Of a stretch of DNA of 64,000 nt, positions 1-13,672 are shown piece after piece. The position numbers were made by a program, and so were the translations under genes. The notes under the pieces were generated by a model that did no database searches, had not been told where the DNA came from, and saw nothing but the letters and a program-made list of their open reading frames with translations. Position 1 is the first letter of the stretch. Each line of letters opens with the position of its first letter. Source of the DNA: Vairimorpha necatrix (Eukaryota); NCBI GenBank assembly GCA_036630325.1, contig CP142726.1:1550001-1614000 (forward strand), in the 5' to 3' direction.

Positions 1-314
1 TAAAAAAGAAATGAGGTTACAACTATCTATATAGGTATTGAAATGTATCAAAAAACAATTTTATCGTAGAAAGCAATGAAAAAATACATATTCAATAATT
101 TGAATTATAAGCCACGATCAAAATTATACGTGCTGCAAAGATTAAAATTTATCTGTACAAAAAAAAATGTGTGTTTTTCCTTTTTTTTGCTTTGTAGCGA
201 GAAATTTTAATTATAAATATACGGAATAAAATAATTACGCAAGAATGAAAGCATGAAATGACCATTTTAATAGCAAATAAAAAAATATTATTTTTGCATA
301 AAAAAAAAAATTAA

Positions 315-1286
315 TTACTTTTTATATTTAGAATAAATACATACTGAAAGTGCTGCTACTAAAAACATGATAACGTAGTGGTAATATCGCAATGAGCCTC
401 CATAAGGGACATCGGGGGTTTTAGAATTATTGTTATTTGCACCACGATTTGATGAAGGTTCTGCATTTTTCTTGTTGTTATTGTTGTTTCCAGTTTTCAT
501 ATTAACATTTGAATTGTTTAAATTTCTTTTTTCTGTTTTATTATGATTATGATCATTAATTGTACGTTGAAAATTATTTTGTTGATTATCATCACTAGAC
601 TCGATATCCAACTCTGTTATCATATTTCCCCAGGACTTTATAGAAGATGAATTTATCAACTCATCTTGTAACAATAATTTTTTCTTGATTTTCTCATTCT
701 TTATTTCTCTTAAAACGTTGGGAGTGTCTAAATCGCATTTTTTGTTTAAATATTCAATAATTCTATCTAGGCTCGATGCATCAATTTTTAAATCACATTT
801 GTTTTGCCAGCACGAATTTTCAGAAATAAAATTCTTATCAAGAAACAACGGAGAGCTATGTGCCCATGAAACAGTGTTGGTTTTTGCATCATATAAAATA
901 TATTCTAAAAAACAGGTTTTGTACTCATCACAGTTAAAACTACATTTAAAATATTTTACACTATCATTAAAATAATCACGCAGTTCGCTGTCTTGTATAT
1001 TTGAACCTAAAATTCGAAGTTTTTCATATTCTTTCATGTCTATAGGAATTAGAGGTAAACCAAATTCATTTACTAATGTTACAATATCTGCAACGTATGA
1101 GTTAGAATCAATTTTTATTTCCAAAATATTTAAATCATTAGAGAGAAAAATTTTGACTTCATCATATTCATCAACTTCTTTTGAAAATCCAACGTATCCA
1201 TCACAAACATTATTTTCTTTGTGATTTACAAAAAAAGTTATTTTACTGAAACCAAAAAGAAAATACAAAAATATTTTACAAACCAT
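315..1286 (-). CDS. Lineage-specific surface/membrane protein, family member 1 (hydrophobic N-terminus, conserved N-domain, Asn-rich stalk, C-terminal TM)
   Basis: 323-aa ORF. AACCCTT lies immediately before the ATG. N-terminus is hydrophobic (MVCKIFLYFLFGF). C-terminus has a TM (YYHYVIMFLVAALSVCIY) and a basic tail (SKYKK). Shares FFV...CDGYVG...DE and YFKCSFN...SWAH motifs with the ORFs at 8.0, 13.7 and 20.3 kb. Confidence 0.85.
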   Translation of the reverse strand: MVCKIFLYFLFGFSKITFFVNHKENNVCDGYVGFSKEVDEYDEVKIFLSNDLNILEIKIDSNSYVADIVTLVNEFGLPLIPIDMKEYEKLRILGSNIQDSELRDYFNDSVKYFKCSFNCDEYKTCFLEYILYDAKTNTVSWAHSSPLFLDKNFISENSCWQNKCDLKIDASSLDRIIEYLNKKCDLDTPNVLREIKNEKIKKKLLLQDELINSSSIKSWGNMITELDIESSDDNQQNNFQRTINDHNHNKTEKRNLNNSNVNMKTGNNNNNKKNAEPSSNRGANNNNSKTPDVPYGGSLRYYHYVIMFLVAALSVCIYSKYKK

Positions 1287-1293
1287 AAGGGTT
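1287..1293 (-). promoter_or_regulatory. CCC-like motif immediately upstream of the start codon (also before ATGs at 8023, 13672, 20351, 23597, 25299, 26896, 28991 and 52530)
   Basis: AACCCTT-ATG, CCCCA-ATG, AAACCCTT-ATG, AACCCAA-ATG, GCCCTATT-ATG, AACCCC-ATG and similar. CCC-like motifs adjacent to the start codon are a known microsporidian gene-start signal. Confidence 0.7.
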
Positions 1294-2099
1294 CAGATAA
1301 TTCGTTTTTTATATATTAAATTACAATATACATGACTTTGACGTCTTTTCAAATTTATGATTTTCGTAAAAAAAAACCGAAATTGTAATATATTTAATTT
1401 AACAAATGTCGAAAAATAAAAGAAAGCCTCTAGAAAGGCTTTATGATATGTTTAATTAACCTCAATATCTAAGTAAATACATATTACATATTACATATTT
1501 GTTATTTGTTAGTATTAAATATGCTACGAGAAGAAAATCTTGTTACAGACAATTCACTTTAATTTTTATTAACATTTATTGGGTTATACGTCAAATATTA
1601 ATTCTGATCAAAAACACCCCATAAATAAATTAACATTCTTTAGATCGCATATGTATAAAGATCAAAAAATTTAGACTTTTATCAAGAATAATTTCTAATC
1701 TCTGGATAATATTTATTTTGAACTTGAGGCTTTACTCTAGTAAAATAATGAACAGATGACATTTTTTTTTTATTTAAAAAATCAGAGGATTGCGTTATAT
1801 GTAATTATGTGCATGTAAGATAACAATTATAATAGTCAAAAGTTTCGATACTAGTTTTAATATTTTTATTTTACTAAAAGTATAAAATTAGATTTCATAG
1901 AAAATGAATTTTTTCATTTTTCTTTTACAAAAATAATCCACACGAAAGCATTATATTAATACGTTGGTTTGCATTGAATTTATATTCTTATAAGGAAATA
2001 CTAACAGTGATAGATTTAAAGATTCGATATCATTATCTACAACATTCACTATAGATAACTAAAGATTTTGACTTTTAATAATTTTTTTTAAAACTTTTT

Positions 2100-2963
2100 G
2101 GCTAATTTTCACTTTATCCCCCCCCCCCTTACCAATATAAATACAGAATTTTTTATTTTTAGCCCTGTTTTTTAAAAGTCGAAGCGTCCAGAGCGGAAAG
2201 GAACAGAGAAAAATTTACATAAGTAAAAAAATGGTCTTAGAAATATCTAATTTGAACATAGTTTATGAAAAATATATTATTTAAACCAATTTAATAATGT
2301 TTTCTAATAAACTATGAGTTAAATAGAAGTCTAAATTTGTAAAAATATGTTTTAACCTATTGCTTTCTTTTGTCATTACAATTAATTTTTTGCCAAAGAT
2401 AAACATGTTTATACACAGTTTATGTTGTTTAAAACAGATTCTAGGTTTGGTTATTCTTAGTTTGGTAGTATATTTATTAGTCTTGTTTTTTAGGTTTTCA
2501 TTGGTTTTTCTAGACAAACAGAGAATAATTATGTTATATTTATTCTCTTTAAAGAATTATTGAATCGTATATAATGCCAATTTAATAAGATATGTTATAT
2601 TTTAGCTCCAAAAGTAAAATATTACATGTTTGGAAAATTCTTTAATTTTTGAAAAATATCCATTTATAACAGCAAATGAACCTTATATAATATTGTTTAT
2701 ATAGAGATTTTCGTTGTTATACATTGCAATGTACAATAAAGATAAATCTTGATCAATAATTGGAAGAAGGAAATTTTAAAAAATTGGAAAAAAAAACGAA
2801 AAAACAATTGTTTTATTTTTGGTAAATATGCTATTTTATTACAACTTTATTTTTTTGACTTTTGCTCCTTCACATTTTTTCCGCTTCGAATTTCGAAAAA
2901 AAGGGATATTTTTTAAAAATTCTGTATTTATATTGGTAAGGGGGGATAAAGTGAAAATGCTCC
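2100..2963. mobile_element. Non-autonomous/degenerate Merlin-type DNA transposon (864 bp)
   Basis: GG...CC termini. Imperfect TIRs of about 80 bp share the core TTTTCACTTTATCCCCCC..TTACCAATATAAATACAGAATTTTT. Perfect 8-bp TSD AACTTTTT at 2092-2099 and 2964-2971, typical of Merlin. No intact transposase ORF. Confidence 0.8.
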
Positions 2964-3880
2964 AACTTTTTATATCTAACTTATTTATAGTTGTATTTGC
3001 GTTTAAATAGAAAAAACCTTTATTTTGTATATTTTGGATTATGGATAAAAATATATTTTTCGAAATTAATATTCTTTTTTTTCTAACCATACTTTTAATG
3101 ATTTTTTAATCATCTTGAGTTTAATGACATTAAAAACTTAAAAGCATAGACAAAATGAATCCTATGGTACAATTCTAATTTTGGTTTTGATATTTTATAC
3201 ATTCGGTGCTATATTTATACATATGACCCATGTTTATAATGAATTATATCAAAAACTTAAGATACATCGGCCTTTACAATTGTATATTAATAAATATTTA
3301 TAATTTTAGCGTTAAAACAGCATTGAACGTATTATATAACATACAAAAATCTATGCACTAAATAAGCAGGATATTTGCCTATGAGAGACATCAAATCTTA
3401 TGTTCTCTTAGAAAGGTTTTTAAATTTGCAAATATAATTCATACATTTCATCTAAAATTAATAAAAAAAATTTAAAACAGAAACACATACATAAGAGTAT
3501 TTTTTCAATGTAATTAATAAATACTAGCGAAAATCAACATTGAAAATCTGCGTATAATTGTTTCATAGAATTTTTTATTATAAAACAAGAAATAAAATAT
3601 AGTAATTAAATTCAAACACATAAGTTCAAAGAATTGTTTTTAAAAGATATAATAAACATTGCTGTATGTATCAAAATTTGTTTGCCTTATACACAAAGTT
3701 TTAGGAATTAAAATTAGTAAACATATAACTTTATTAATTTTTGCAATGGTTCATTTATTACAGTACAAAATATCTATAAGAAACAATCTCTCTTAAGTTT
3801 TTTATCTACCAACTGATATACTAAAATAATGAAGTTGTCGCATGCATTAATTATAAATATATTTTTTTTGCACAATAAAT

Positions 3881-3912
<32 letters not shown>

Positions 3913-4181
3913 CATAAAATTGTGTTTGTACATGAACCTTTGAATGGTAGTTGTACTGAAATTTTTTTTTGTCTACGAAAAAATATATAAGAATTTGATT
4001 TCTTTTGCATTATATTAATATTAAAAACCATCTCAAAAAGCTAAGGTTTGATATTTTAGCATAAATTTTTTTTGTGATTTGTCAGAAACCATAGCTTTAA
4101 AATTTATATTATTATATTAGTCAAAGGTTAAACAAGTGATTTGTTTCATTTGATCAATCGTATTATTGTGGACAAAACATA

Positions 4182-4222
4182 TTAAGATATGATATATTAA
4201 TTATTAATATATCATATCTTAA
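4182..4222. repeat. Near-perfect 41-bp palindrome
   Basis: TTAAGATATGATATATTAAT-T-ATTAATATATCATATCTTAA: 20-bp arms around a 1-nt centre. Confidence 0.85.
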
Positions 4223-7200
4223 CGTAAAACATTAAATGACAAGTTACAAAGGTTTAATCATGCAATTTTATATAAACCTAACCTAATTTCTCGTAGTCAA
4301 CGCTTAAGTGAAAATTAACACATTAAAATTTGGATATTACATTTTTATTAAAACCCTAATGAAATACAACTGGAAAGAACATAAAACCACATTGAAAGCA
4401 GAAATGAGAGCAACACAATGAATAATTGCCAGTTTAGTTATCAGAACCTGATAAATAGGAATTAGTCTAGTCTTCATCTTTAAATTTGTCTTGATCGTCG
4501 TTTTCTCAACTGCACAAATTATAGGTATCAAGTTTATTTTGTGCAAGACTAAACTAAAATTAAACATTTAAATAAAATTTTTTTTTATATTTACATTGTG
4601 ATCATACTTAGTAAAGGCATCGTATTCTTAAAGTGGTTTATTTTAAATAAACAATTTATTTTTTTTGTAATTTATTAAGTGATTATCTGCATTAAGAGGC
4701 TCTAGGTCTTATCTATTTTTTAATTAATTTTCGTATTTGCATAAAACAAATCGCTTCTGTCAATGCTCGCGATTTCTCATATATCAATTTGTATTTTTAT
4801 TATGTAATTTCGATAAAACTATTGAGGCTTCATATATCTGGTTTATTGCGTTCAATTTTTGTTTTAGAATCAATAACATGCAAATGATTAGAAAATTCAA
4901 CAATTTTTTTTACTTAAAAAAATCAAAAAAAAATTTCAGATACTTTTAATTTGATACAAATGTCATATACATGAATCCCTTTTTTCTTTAATATTGAACA
5001 TTTAAATGTGTGCCTAATCAAGAGTTTCTTGTTTTTTTTTCAATAAAGACCTTCTCTGTAAATTTACTTTATTCTAATAATTCATGCTACGTTTATAATA
5101 CTCTACATTATTGTAAAATTTTTTTCTAACGTCCTCATCTTTAGTTTGACAAGCTTGACTTTTATTTTTTTCATATTCGTTTTTATCTGCTGTAAATATA
5201 AGAAATCTTATTACAAGAAGATCATATGAATACTAACACTTCAGTAATCACTTTATTGTAGATACGTACCAAATGCATCTTCTGTAAATTATTTACTAAT
5301 AAAAATAAATATATATTTTATCCATTTAAAAATATTAAAAAGAAAGGAACGCATTATTTAACAAATCCATTATAAAAAGAAAATCAATGACAACAACAAA
5401 AGATATGTGTAATGTTTTTTTACGAACGATAAACCTTTTTCTTTAATGAGAAGAGAATAAAAGTCTACAAATTTACCGGCTTCTTTTGTAGTATCAATGT
5501 AAATTTTCAAATATTACCATATTGTTAATTTATTAAAGTCAGTTATTGGTTTCATAAGCAATCTATACACTAAAATACACATCATAAGGTATGAAGTAGA
5601 GTAAATTGTGTATTAAAAATAATACATATAACAGCCAATATTATATCAATTCATTACTACCATATAGATGCAATGATTGTATAGAAAAAAATTTTCTTAA
5701 ATGAAAACAAAGGTATTATGATGTTTTAAAAATTTTTCACAATAGTTTCTAATCTTAAGTAGTTTAAAATACTTATATTTATTTGTTACAATCTACACTT
5801 TTTTGTTAATTCTTCAGATAACATTATGATATAAGTAAAAAATAAAAAATAAGATATGATGTATAAACGTATATTTAACGTTTAGTTGTATAATAGAAAT
5901 TAAAGATTTACTATAATACATTAACATATGTTTTGTAGACCCCGTTAGTTATAATGTTTTTATTCATCATGAACACATTAGTATGAGATATAAACTTCAA
6001 AATTTTATTAATTTGCTAAAAGTACATTAAATTAATGTTTTACAAAACAAATAGAATAATATCAGTAATAAAAACATTTATTAAAATAAATTATACCAGA
6101 GGTTATTTTCAGCATATGTATAATGTTTAACTGCAAAAGAGTTCTATTGAATATTTAAAGTTATTAATGGTACTCGTATTGAACCTTAAAAACATTCTCT
6201 GCCCTTAAAATATAAATTAAAGTAATAAATACATTCGAATCGATTTTTTATAAAAAATACATTTGTAAAAGTTATATCTTATATAATATTATCTAAAAAA
6301 AAATAGCGAGTTATTTAGATCGTCTATGATAAATTACAAGTAATGATAACTAGTTACAATTTTTTTTTCTAATCATAAAATTATAAATAAAATACCAAAG
6401 AATCTCAAAAATTGTAACTTTTTATCTTGTTTTATAGCAATTTTGTCGAATGATTACTCTTTTTTAATTTTTGATATGCTTTCTAAGTGTTTAAATTATA
6501 ATCACTAAAAACGTTTTTTAAAATATTATAGCATTTACATACGTAAAAAGTTTTAGCATAATCAATTATGTATATTTGCAAATGTTTACTTATATCTTTT
6601 TAAACAACAATTTTATCTTAATTTACTATACTAGAAACCATATACCTAAAGACAAAGTTGGTCAATAATTTTCGAATATTTAATATGATTTTTACGGTAA
6701 AATTTCACTTTAATATTATCAATAAGAACAAATATAAATACGTCATATATTTAAACGAAATAAAAGAACCATGTAGTTTAGATAAAAAGAATTTATAATT
6801 AATAATTTTCGATTTTAGGAAATATTGATGTATAAATTAACATTATCAAGGAAAATTTAATTTCATAGTTTTGTAATTACTGCGAATGTTTAAAATTGTA
6901 AATTATATATATTTTACTGGGTCTTATCATTCACGCTTCTTCTTTATAATATTTGTCTGTCTGATCAGTATTTTACAGCTCTAGACCTTTCTTTCAAGCA
7001 ACTTCAAGCTTATACCTTAAAAAGTTATCAGATATCTACAAAAATATCCTCTGATAAAATAGACTTTGTATATACTCTAGTATGCCGTTGATCTTACGCA
7101 CCTCAAGCTAGTTTGTTAATTATTTGGTCAATTGCCTTACTCATGTTCACAATAAAAAATAATGTCGTGTCCGTTTCTTGTTTAATCACATTTAATTCCC

Positions 7201-7408
7201 AAGAAGATCATACAATTGCTCTCAGCTTCATCAAAAACAAGGATTATCTCTTTCAAAAATCCAAAAAAAAAAAAAACAAATTTAAATATAAATATAAAAA
7301 ACCTAATCAAAATATTACATATAATTACAAAAGCCGTGTTAGAAACTTAAGATTTCGACGGTTAGTTTTAATTTTTAGAACATCGGTATTTTTTTGTTGT
7401 CTATACCT

Positions 7409-8023
7409 TCAATTCTTTTTTTCTATGTCATTTTTGTTATTTGTAATGTTCAATTTATGTGTATCCGAGCGAATGGAGGAGTTTAAATTTTCTATAAATA
7501 ATTCATAAAAACCAGCACTTATAGTTAAACTTCTAGTTCTGTGTAGCATTAGTTTACCGAAAACATATTTCGGATCGTAATCGTACATTGCACTATGTTC
7601 CCATGTAATTTTATGTTTTTTCGGTTCATAAAATACTATTTCGAAAAAAAAATTTGTGTGCTGGCATTTATTCAAACTACACTTTCGATAATTTTCATTG
7701 TTCAAAAATATCTCACGGGTTTTCACATTGGTAATTATTCCAGCCAATCTTCCAATTTTTTCGTAATCTTTTTTATCCACCACTTCCAGTATAAGTCCTT
7801 CCTCATAAACTTTTTTTATGGAGATATCAGCACTACATGAATGTCTTGCTTCTTCGTACAACCGTTTTTCGTATTTAGACAAAAAAACTTTGCAATTATC
7901 ATCAATTTCTGCCTTATTAGGAAGACTAATATAACAATCACAAGTATCATCTTCTTTATAATTAAATAGTAAATATGAGTCGCAATATACAAATAGAATA
8001 AACTTAGTTAACCATAATAACAT
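7409..8023 (-). CDS. Surface protein family member 2 (N-domain only; secreted or truncated)
   Basis: ORF 7409-8032. The second Met (8023) is preceded by GCCCCA, so it is the likely start. Motifs LLFNYKEDDTCDCYIS, DYEKIGRLA, YRKCSLN and FFEIVFYE...ITWEH align with the paralogs. No C-terminal TM in frame. Confidence 0.75.
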   Translation of the reverse strand: MLLWLTKFILFVYCDSYLLFNYKEDDTCDCYISLPNKAEIDDNCKVFLSKYEKRLYEEARHSCSADISIKKVYEEGLILEVVDKKDYEKIGRLAGIITNVKTREIFLNNENYRKCSLNKCQHTNFFFEIVFYEPKKHKITWEHSAMYDYDPKYVFGKLMLHRTRSLTISAGFYELFIENLNSSIRSDTHKLNITNNKNDIEKKN

Positions 8024-11000
8024 TGGGGCCATAAATTATCGATATTTATATAAATAATTAATAAAAATCATAAATTGACAGTTATCAACTTGATATTTTT
8101 TACTTAAAAAGAGTTTGCATTTTATTGTTTTTTTCGTGTTTAAACATTATTTTTATCGGAAAAAGCAGTCCGTTTTAGCAACTAAAATAATTCGGTGTCT
8201 ACATTTTTTTCTGCAAATTATTATATATATAAAATTCACATCAGATTAAAAATAGAAGAACAGAAAATGAAAAAATCATCTATTAGTAGCTAATGTGTAG
8301 CATCCAATATATACATAATTTGTTTAGGTCGCAAAGGATGGGAGTGAAGTTATAAATAAAACTTTAGTTTGGTATGGAATAGATTAAAACATTCAATTCT
8401 TATTCATTGATCAATTGTACAAAATAAATTTCTTATAACGTTTTGTAATTATTTCTCGTTTAATAATATTCACCAAATACTATTTGAGAGCAAAAGCCTA
8501 GTAATTAGATTTTTATCATCTGTAATATATAAGTTTTTTTTATCAAATTCATTGATTTTATAAAAGAATTTAATACAACAGAGTATTTTATTCGGTTATG
8601 TCATTTTTTAGAATTATAACAAAATATTTTTTGAACGGTATTATTTTACAACACAAATTTTAAATCGTTACATTCATGACTCAAGTAATTTATATCTTTA
8701 CTATAAAAGATAACCAAATAAAGTAAAAATATAGAATGTTATTATCATTTGTTTTAATTTTATAGTCAGCCTGTTCGAGAGTCTTGTGGCGTGATGATTT
8801 AAAAAAACAATTGTATCTGATTAATAAATTGCGATGTAAAAAGGTTTTATAACAAAACTTCTAACTTTAGATATTTTTATTTAATTTTAATAAAAAATAT
8901 AGACATGGTGTCCATACAATTTTTTTATTACGATAATTTATGAATTATTAAAAAACAAAACGTTTAAGTTTTTTATATTTACAAATAGTTGCTTATTTTA
9001 TATATTTTTCGCAGGCCTTTATTGTTTTCTGATTATTCAGTGCATATTTCGAAGATAAAATTAATATAATTACATCCCTATATAAAATATCGTTGTTGTA
9101 TATATCCTTCGATTAAAAATTTTATAATTCAGTTCGAGCATTTAGATCATAAAAAATTTTATTGAAGAACAAATTTAGCAAATGTTATTTTGCTAATATT
9201 TTTGATTCTTTTTATCTTCCCCAATATCTATGTGTCTTTGCGAAAATTTAACATTATATTACAAGGATATCGAATAAATTTAGTTAATTTTACCAATAAA
9301 TTAAGCTTTTATCAGATAGTTAAAAATCAAATTTTATCAAATTGAAATAAAGGCGTTGCACTAAATGAATCAATAAGAAAAACTCAATGATAGTTGTCTC
9401 ATATAAGGGTCCAATCAATATGATGATCAAGAAATTAATGATTATTGTTTCTCAAATTATTGGGGTTTACGACAAATATATTAAACAGGTTTAAATATAC
9501 ATCAAACCCCCAGACCAGGAAATTTATTATTATGTAAATATAACGAAATACTGTTATAGTTATTTTTGAAATTTTAATATTATTGTTCAACTAAAATGTT
9601 TTAAATCGTCATTTAAACGTATTTTATATGCTCTACAAATCTAGAAGCATATCTTTATTCACATATACGTGATAATGTTTAATAAACATTGCAATTAAAT
9701 TATAGCAATTAATTAAAAAATATATTTGTAATATAAAAAAAATTCTGAGAGTTGTAAACACTAATTCTTCCACATCGACGCATAAAACATTTATTTTAGT
9801 ACATGTTAGAACATTTTTGTGATATGATTGGCATTTTAACATGCAAAAGGAATATGCAAGAAAGGTATAACACCCGGGCAATCCAAAATTCTGCGTATTT
9901 TTGTCTAATAACCAAATATAATAAAATATATCGACTCTTAAATATGATAATACTTCATTTTTTAACTCAATAACAGAATTAGTTTTATGATATCATGTCT
10001 CTACGACGTCTGATTTTTCTACGTAGAAGGAACGCTAACATACTACGACTAATTCAAAATTAAATGTTTAAGCAAGGGAATAACAGGGACACATCAGATA
10101 ATTAAGAAATAAATTGGAGTATTTAAAATATCTTTTTTGAGCTGAATTCAAATTAAAATTTGACAATGCATTTAGTGTCTTCAAGTCAATTTCCCTTCGG
10201 TTTTCATTATGGTATTTACGTCTATTTTGAGAGCGATTTTCCCACAAAAATAATTATATGGCACCATTAAAAATCCGCCCAATCTTTAAGAATTTAAATT
10301 TAGCAAATAATTTATAATAGCTTCAAAGATAAATAGATCTGAACTTATGGCAAATAACTTTTAGTTTAGATATAATAAAGGGTTTTATTTTATATTTACT
10401 CATAAAATAAAGTTAGAATAGTTGTATGATAAAATGATCATAATCATAAATTTCTATCATGAGATATTTGGAGCAATTTTACAATATTTATAACAATAAA
10501 AATTGTTTTTTTAAATAAATAGTTTATGTAAAAATGTATAGCAAGAAGAAAATATTAATATAAAAATAATTCTAGAACACCTCAATTACTATTTTAGAAA
10601 TTACCAGACTAGATTATATGTAATGATGTTTATATTCTTACAATAAAAACATTAAAAAAATCTTGATAAAATCAAGGGGCATATATTGTGTTTAAAGGTA
10701 AATAGAAGGTCTTTTGATTATGGTGGCAGAAATTAATTCATATAGCTTTTTTTGCACATTTTTTTTGCGTATTTTTTGAAGATTTGTTCTGGAATTTAAA
10801 TAGTTTAATATTTATAATTGATTATTTACTTAGAATTTAATCTACTAAATTTGATTGAGTATAAAATTTTAAATCATTCCACACTTCATAAAGAGACTTA
10901 ATGCCTTTGATGTAAAACGAACTTCTCTTGTATAGTACATTATGCTATTTGGACAATTCATAGAATGTATCAAAAAAAAATTTGCACACATCTTTATTGA

Positions 11001-11978
11001 ACATAGCATTATGTTCATTGTAATGGTAAATATTATAATCATTATAATAATAATTTACATAATTATTTATTTAAATTCATTCTTTGCATTAAGCGTTAAC
11101 GAGGCTCTTTTCTATAGTTTGCTGCATAAAAAAAGCATTAAATTACACCTTATATAAAAAAAATTTACTCAGTAATTTTTTAATAGATTGACATACATTG
11201 TTTAAAACACGCAATACTGTATGTTTCAATTTATTATATCTATTTTTGCTTCCAAAAAAAAAATATGAAGATCAATATACAAAAACAAAAAAATCTTTTA
11301 AAAATCGAAATAAATAATGTTTGGATAATTTTATGTAATTAATCATACCAAAAATGAAGCTTTGTTATATTGTTTAAACTTTATGCTCATGGTAATTTAA
11401 TCGTGTTTTACGGATAATTTAGTATTTTTAGTAATATATACATATAAATATAAACTTAGTCTAAAAATAATAAAGAACTATGAATATATTTTATAACCTA
11501 TATACTTGAAAGAAGGACTGCGATACACACGGACATTAGATATTGATAACATAGAGCCATTGTACAAACGTATATTAATTCAATTTGTATAAGTATAATG
11601 CACATAATTTATTACATAAAGCAAAAGATACACGACTATCAAATACTGTCAGAAAAAAATATTTTTAAAGTTTTCCGAAATATCTTAGTTGAAGCACTTA
11701 AGGTATAGTTCAATATGTTTATTACTCCTCTATGTTGTTCTTTAATATTCAAATAAGTCAAACTCATGTTTAAACTTATTTTAAACTGTTGCTGTCGATC
11801 CAAATTTTTTTTGCACTTCTCACATCGTTAAAATATATTATCATAACATACTATGGATACAAATACATTATCAATGAGTACCTATAATTGTTGTTACATA
11901 TAATAATCAAAATGGACATTATTATTAATATAAAATTTTTATTCACGCTTCAATTTAAAATAAATGGAACATAAAAAA

Positions 11979-13672
11979 TCAATAAAAAAATATAAAACAA
12001 GTAATTGACCTTAGATGGCCCATTCCTTTTTTGAAATTGTCATTATTTGATTCGGAATCAGAAGAAAAATATTTTTTACGTGATATAATATTATCCTCGA
12101 GATCTTTACTCCTGTTTAGAACATCCATGGTATTATTTTTAACAGGGGTTGTATTAGTGTCAGTATTTTCAATCATTAAATTATTGTTAAAATTTTCGAA
12201 TGGATTTATTTTATGTTCTACAATAGTTTTAGAATCAAATTTGAAAGTATTGTAATATTCTATGTGTTTTTTAGTTTTTTCTTGATTATAATCTTTCAAA
12301 TTTGTGCATGTATTTTGTTTTTTAATAACTGTGAGAATATATACTACTATAAAATTCGGGTCAATTTTAGCAAATTTACTACAATTATGTCTATAATAAA
12401 TATAATCTTTGAAAACGGCATGAATAGGGTGTTCGTATCGTTTATTGAAATTTCCATTATGAATTATTGACGCTAGATATACATTTTTTATTTTCTTAAA
12501 CATATCATGATATTCTCTAATATTTGGTTTTATTAATATCTCATTTATAGCAGTATTGTAACTAATAATAGATCTCTTATCTTGTTTATTTTTTAGTACT
12601 TCATTTCCGGCATACTTTACGCTATTGTAATCAATTATATTAACATTCTTTTTATTTTCCTTATATATTTTTTTAATTTTATATATACATATGGAATTAA
12701 GAGGGTTATGTTTGTATAAAAAATTTTCAATTTCATTACTCATATTATGATAATCTAAAATATCACGTTTTTTTAATTTCTTCTTTTTGTATCTAAGAAA
12801 GATTTTATTGTTATATAGATAACTAGAATATAAAGTTATTGATTTATATTCTGTTATTTCCTTTAATTCGATCTCATTTTTATCTTCCAAAATGGTTTCG
12901 TAGTAATTATTTTTAGTTAATAAGTTTTCAACACAAACAAGTTTTAAATGTTGCAAATTGATAGGATTATATTCATTCAATGTTTTTTTCTCTGAATTAT
13001 AAGCATTTGGTACATTTGATTCTTTAATACGATATATGTCTAACATAACTAGCGTTGAAAAAGTAATATGTTCCTTTTGTGTATTATCACCAACGATATT
13101 CGCATATAAAGTGTTTGATCTTTGGGGCAAACCTAAAAATTTATAATATAAATCGTTATTCTTTGAATCGATAAATAATCGCATTTTTCTTTCCATACTT
13201 AATGTATTGAAATAATTTTTTTTTTCTAAAGTAAATACTTTTGTATGTCCCCAACAAATAGTATTTATGTTTTTCTCATAGAAAACTATTTCAAAACAAA
13301 TTTGATTATATTCTAAAATATTGAAACTGTATTTATAATATTGTACGCAATTAAAAAACTTAATTTTGCATTTTCATTTTCGATATTTTCGGCCAGATTT
13401 CTTATTGAAGCATATTCTCTTTCATCTATTTGATGTAAAAACAGTCCAGTTTCAAAAAGATGATTAATTTCGTACTTAAGTTTCAATTGATCTTTAATTT
13501 CTTTATAAAACAAGTTTTTATCTCTAGAAATGAATATTTTAAATTCGTTTAATTCGTCAGCTTTATTTGTTTTGCCAATATATAAATCACATTGATAATC
13601 TCCATTATAACTTACAAATAATATCAACTCACAGTGATTAAAAAGAAAATACCAATATAATTTTAATGACAT
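11979..13672 (-). CDS. Surface protein family member 3 (~564 aa), split by one homopolymer frameshift
   Basis: AAACCCTT-ATG at 13672. ORFs 13313-13672 and 11979-13196 join if one base is added to the A6 run at 13353-13358. The restored 52 codons (NCVQYYKYSFNILEYNQICFEIVFYEKNINTICWGH...) match the paralogs' YFKCSFN...FEIVFYE...WxH block. Confidence 0.75.

Noticed and set aside
685-1224. Plus-strand ORFs antisense to real genes (also 7595-7840, 12031-12470, 19133-20277, 22840-23313) and minus-strand ORFs antisense to the 765-aa gene and TE ORFs
   Set aside because: Shadow ORFs of the true coding strand, with biased S/F/L composition and no CCC start signal.
3886-3912. (TA)n microsatellites (also ~26710, 45901, 47356, 59030)
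   Set aside because: Ordinary simple repeats.
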